This document shows positions 63,354 to 64,000 of a stretch of DNA of 64,000 nt, piece by piece. Below the pieces are notes generated by a model, which was not told the DNA's origin, ran no database searches, and saw nothing but the letters and a program-made list of their open reading frames with translations. Position 1 is the first letter of the stretch, and every line of letters begins with the position of its first letter. Position numbers and translations under genes: made by a program. Origin of the DNA: Ramazzottius varieornatus (lineage: Eukaryota; Animalia; Tardigrada); the NCBI GenBank assembly GCA_001949185.1, contig BDGG01000013.1, positions 748,581 to 812,580 on the forward strand, written 5' to 3'.

Positions 63354-64000
63354 GTTGCAGCGTTGCCGGACTATCACCTTTGCAAGTGAAAGATCTCGAA
63401 AGAATTCACGGCAAGGTGTCCAACATCTAGGAAGGATACTCAAAATGAGAGATTCGGAAATGTGGTCAGATGCTTTTAACGAAGGAGGTGCGAGCGACAA
63501 TGGTGGATGTATGGCTGAGGGTGTCGGTATGATTGGCAGCTAAACAAACAGTCATATAAGTTGCAGACAGTCTCCACGGACACCGAACCGATGGACGGGC
63601 GTGAGTGACCCGCTGGATAGAGGACTTGCATCGCAGGAAGATTGTTGATAGGTTTGTTTGTTAACACCTGCAGCACCACGTGTTTTACGTCAAAATTGAT
63701 CCATGAGGTGCGAAACGATCCCAGAGTTTCTGACTGGTTTAAGAACGCGCGCCACCGCCCCTTGACCAATAGCAACGTCCCCATCATGACCGGCGCATGA
63801 CACCAAGTGTAGTAATCATTTAATCCATCACTTCATCGGGGAAACACCGGACTGTAGAACAACCAACCTCCCCAAGTTTACTAATACGACGTGAAGCTAT
63901 TCTTCTCACACTCAGAACGAGTTACAGTTTCAGTAGACTTGTGGTGCAATTGACAGACAGGGATATTACAGAACGAACACACTGCTCTCGTTTTCTTGTC

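Overview
Eukaryotic (invertebrate) genomic DNA, compact, with very short GT-AG introns. The gene content resembles a tardigrade such as Ramazzottius or Hypsibius, but the taxon is inference only. Apparently intact host genes: an orphan class-A GPCR; an ankyrin + 3x Mind-bomb-type repeat + non-RD kinase with a predicted myristoylation site; two astacin metalloproteases; an intronless plant-type UDP-glycosyltransferase; a mucin-hemopexin secreted protein; an MS4A-like membrane protein; and a MAM-mucin-SEA-EGF transmembrane protein. A gustatory-receptor-like gene has one unresolved junction. Damaged genes: a chitin deacetylase split in an exon by a 570-bp foldback element; a GXYLT-like GT8 gene with a 1-bp frameshift; GPCR and serpin remnants; a MAM-domain paralog; and a GLUT-type sugar transporter scattered over about 10.8 kb. 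The window is very rich in transposons, most with readable TIRs/TSDs: piggyBac, a CRE-like non-LTR element, DD37D/maT, an intron-containing DD35D pogo, two hATs and at least eight MITE/foldback elements. The most notable structure is a ~7.4-kb composite insertion inside the GLUT exon. It carries an intron-retaining propionyl-CoA carboxylase beta fragment, a divergent pair of unknown spliced genes, and a nested hAT and MITE. No rRNA, tRNA or CRISPR features were recognised. All exon structures were read by eye and no database search was run.
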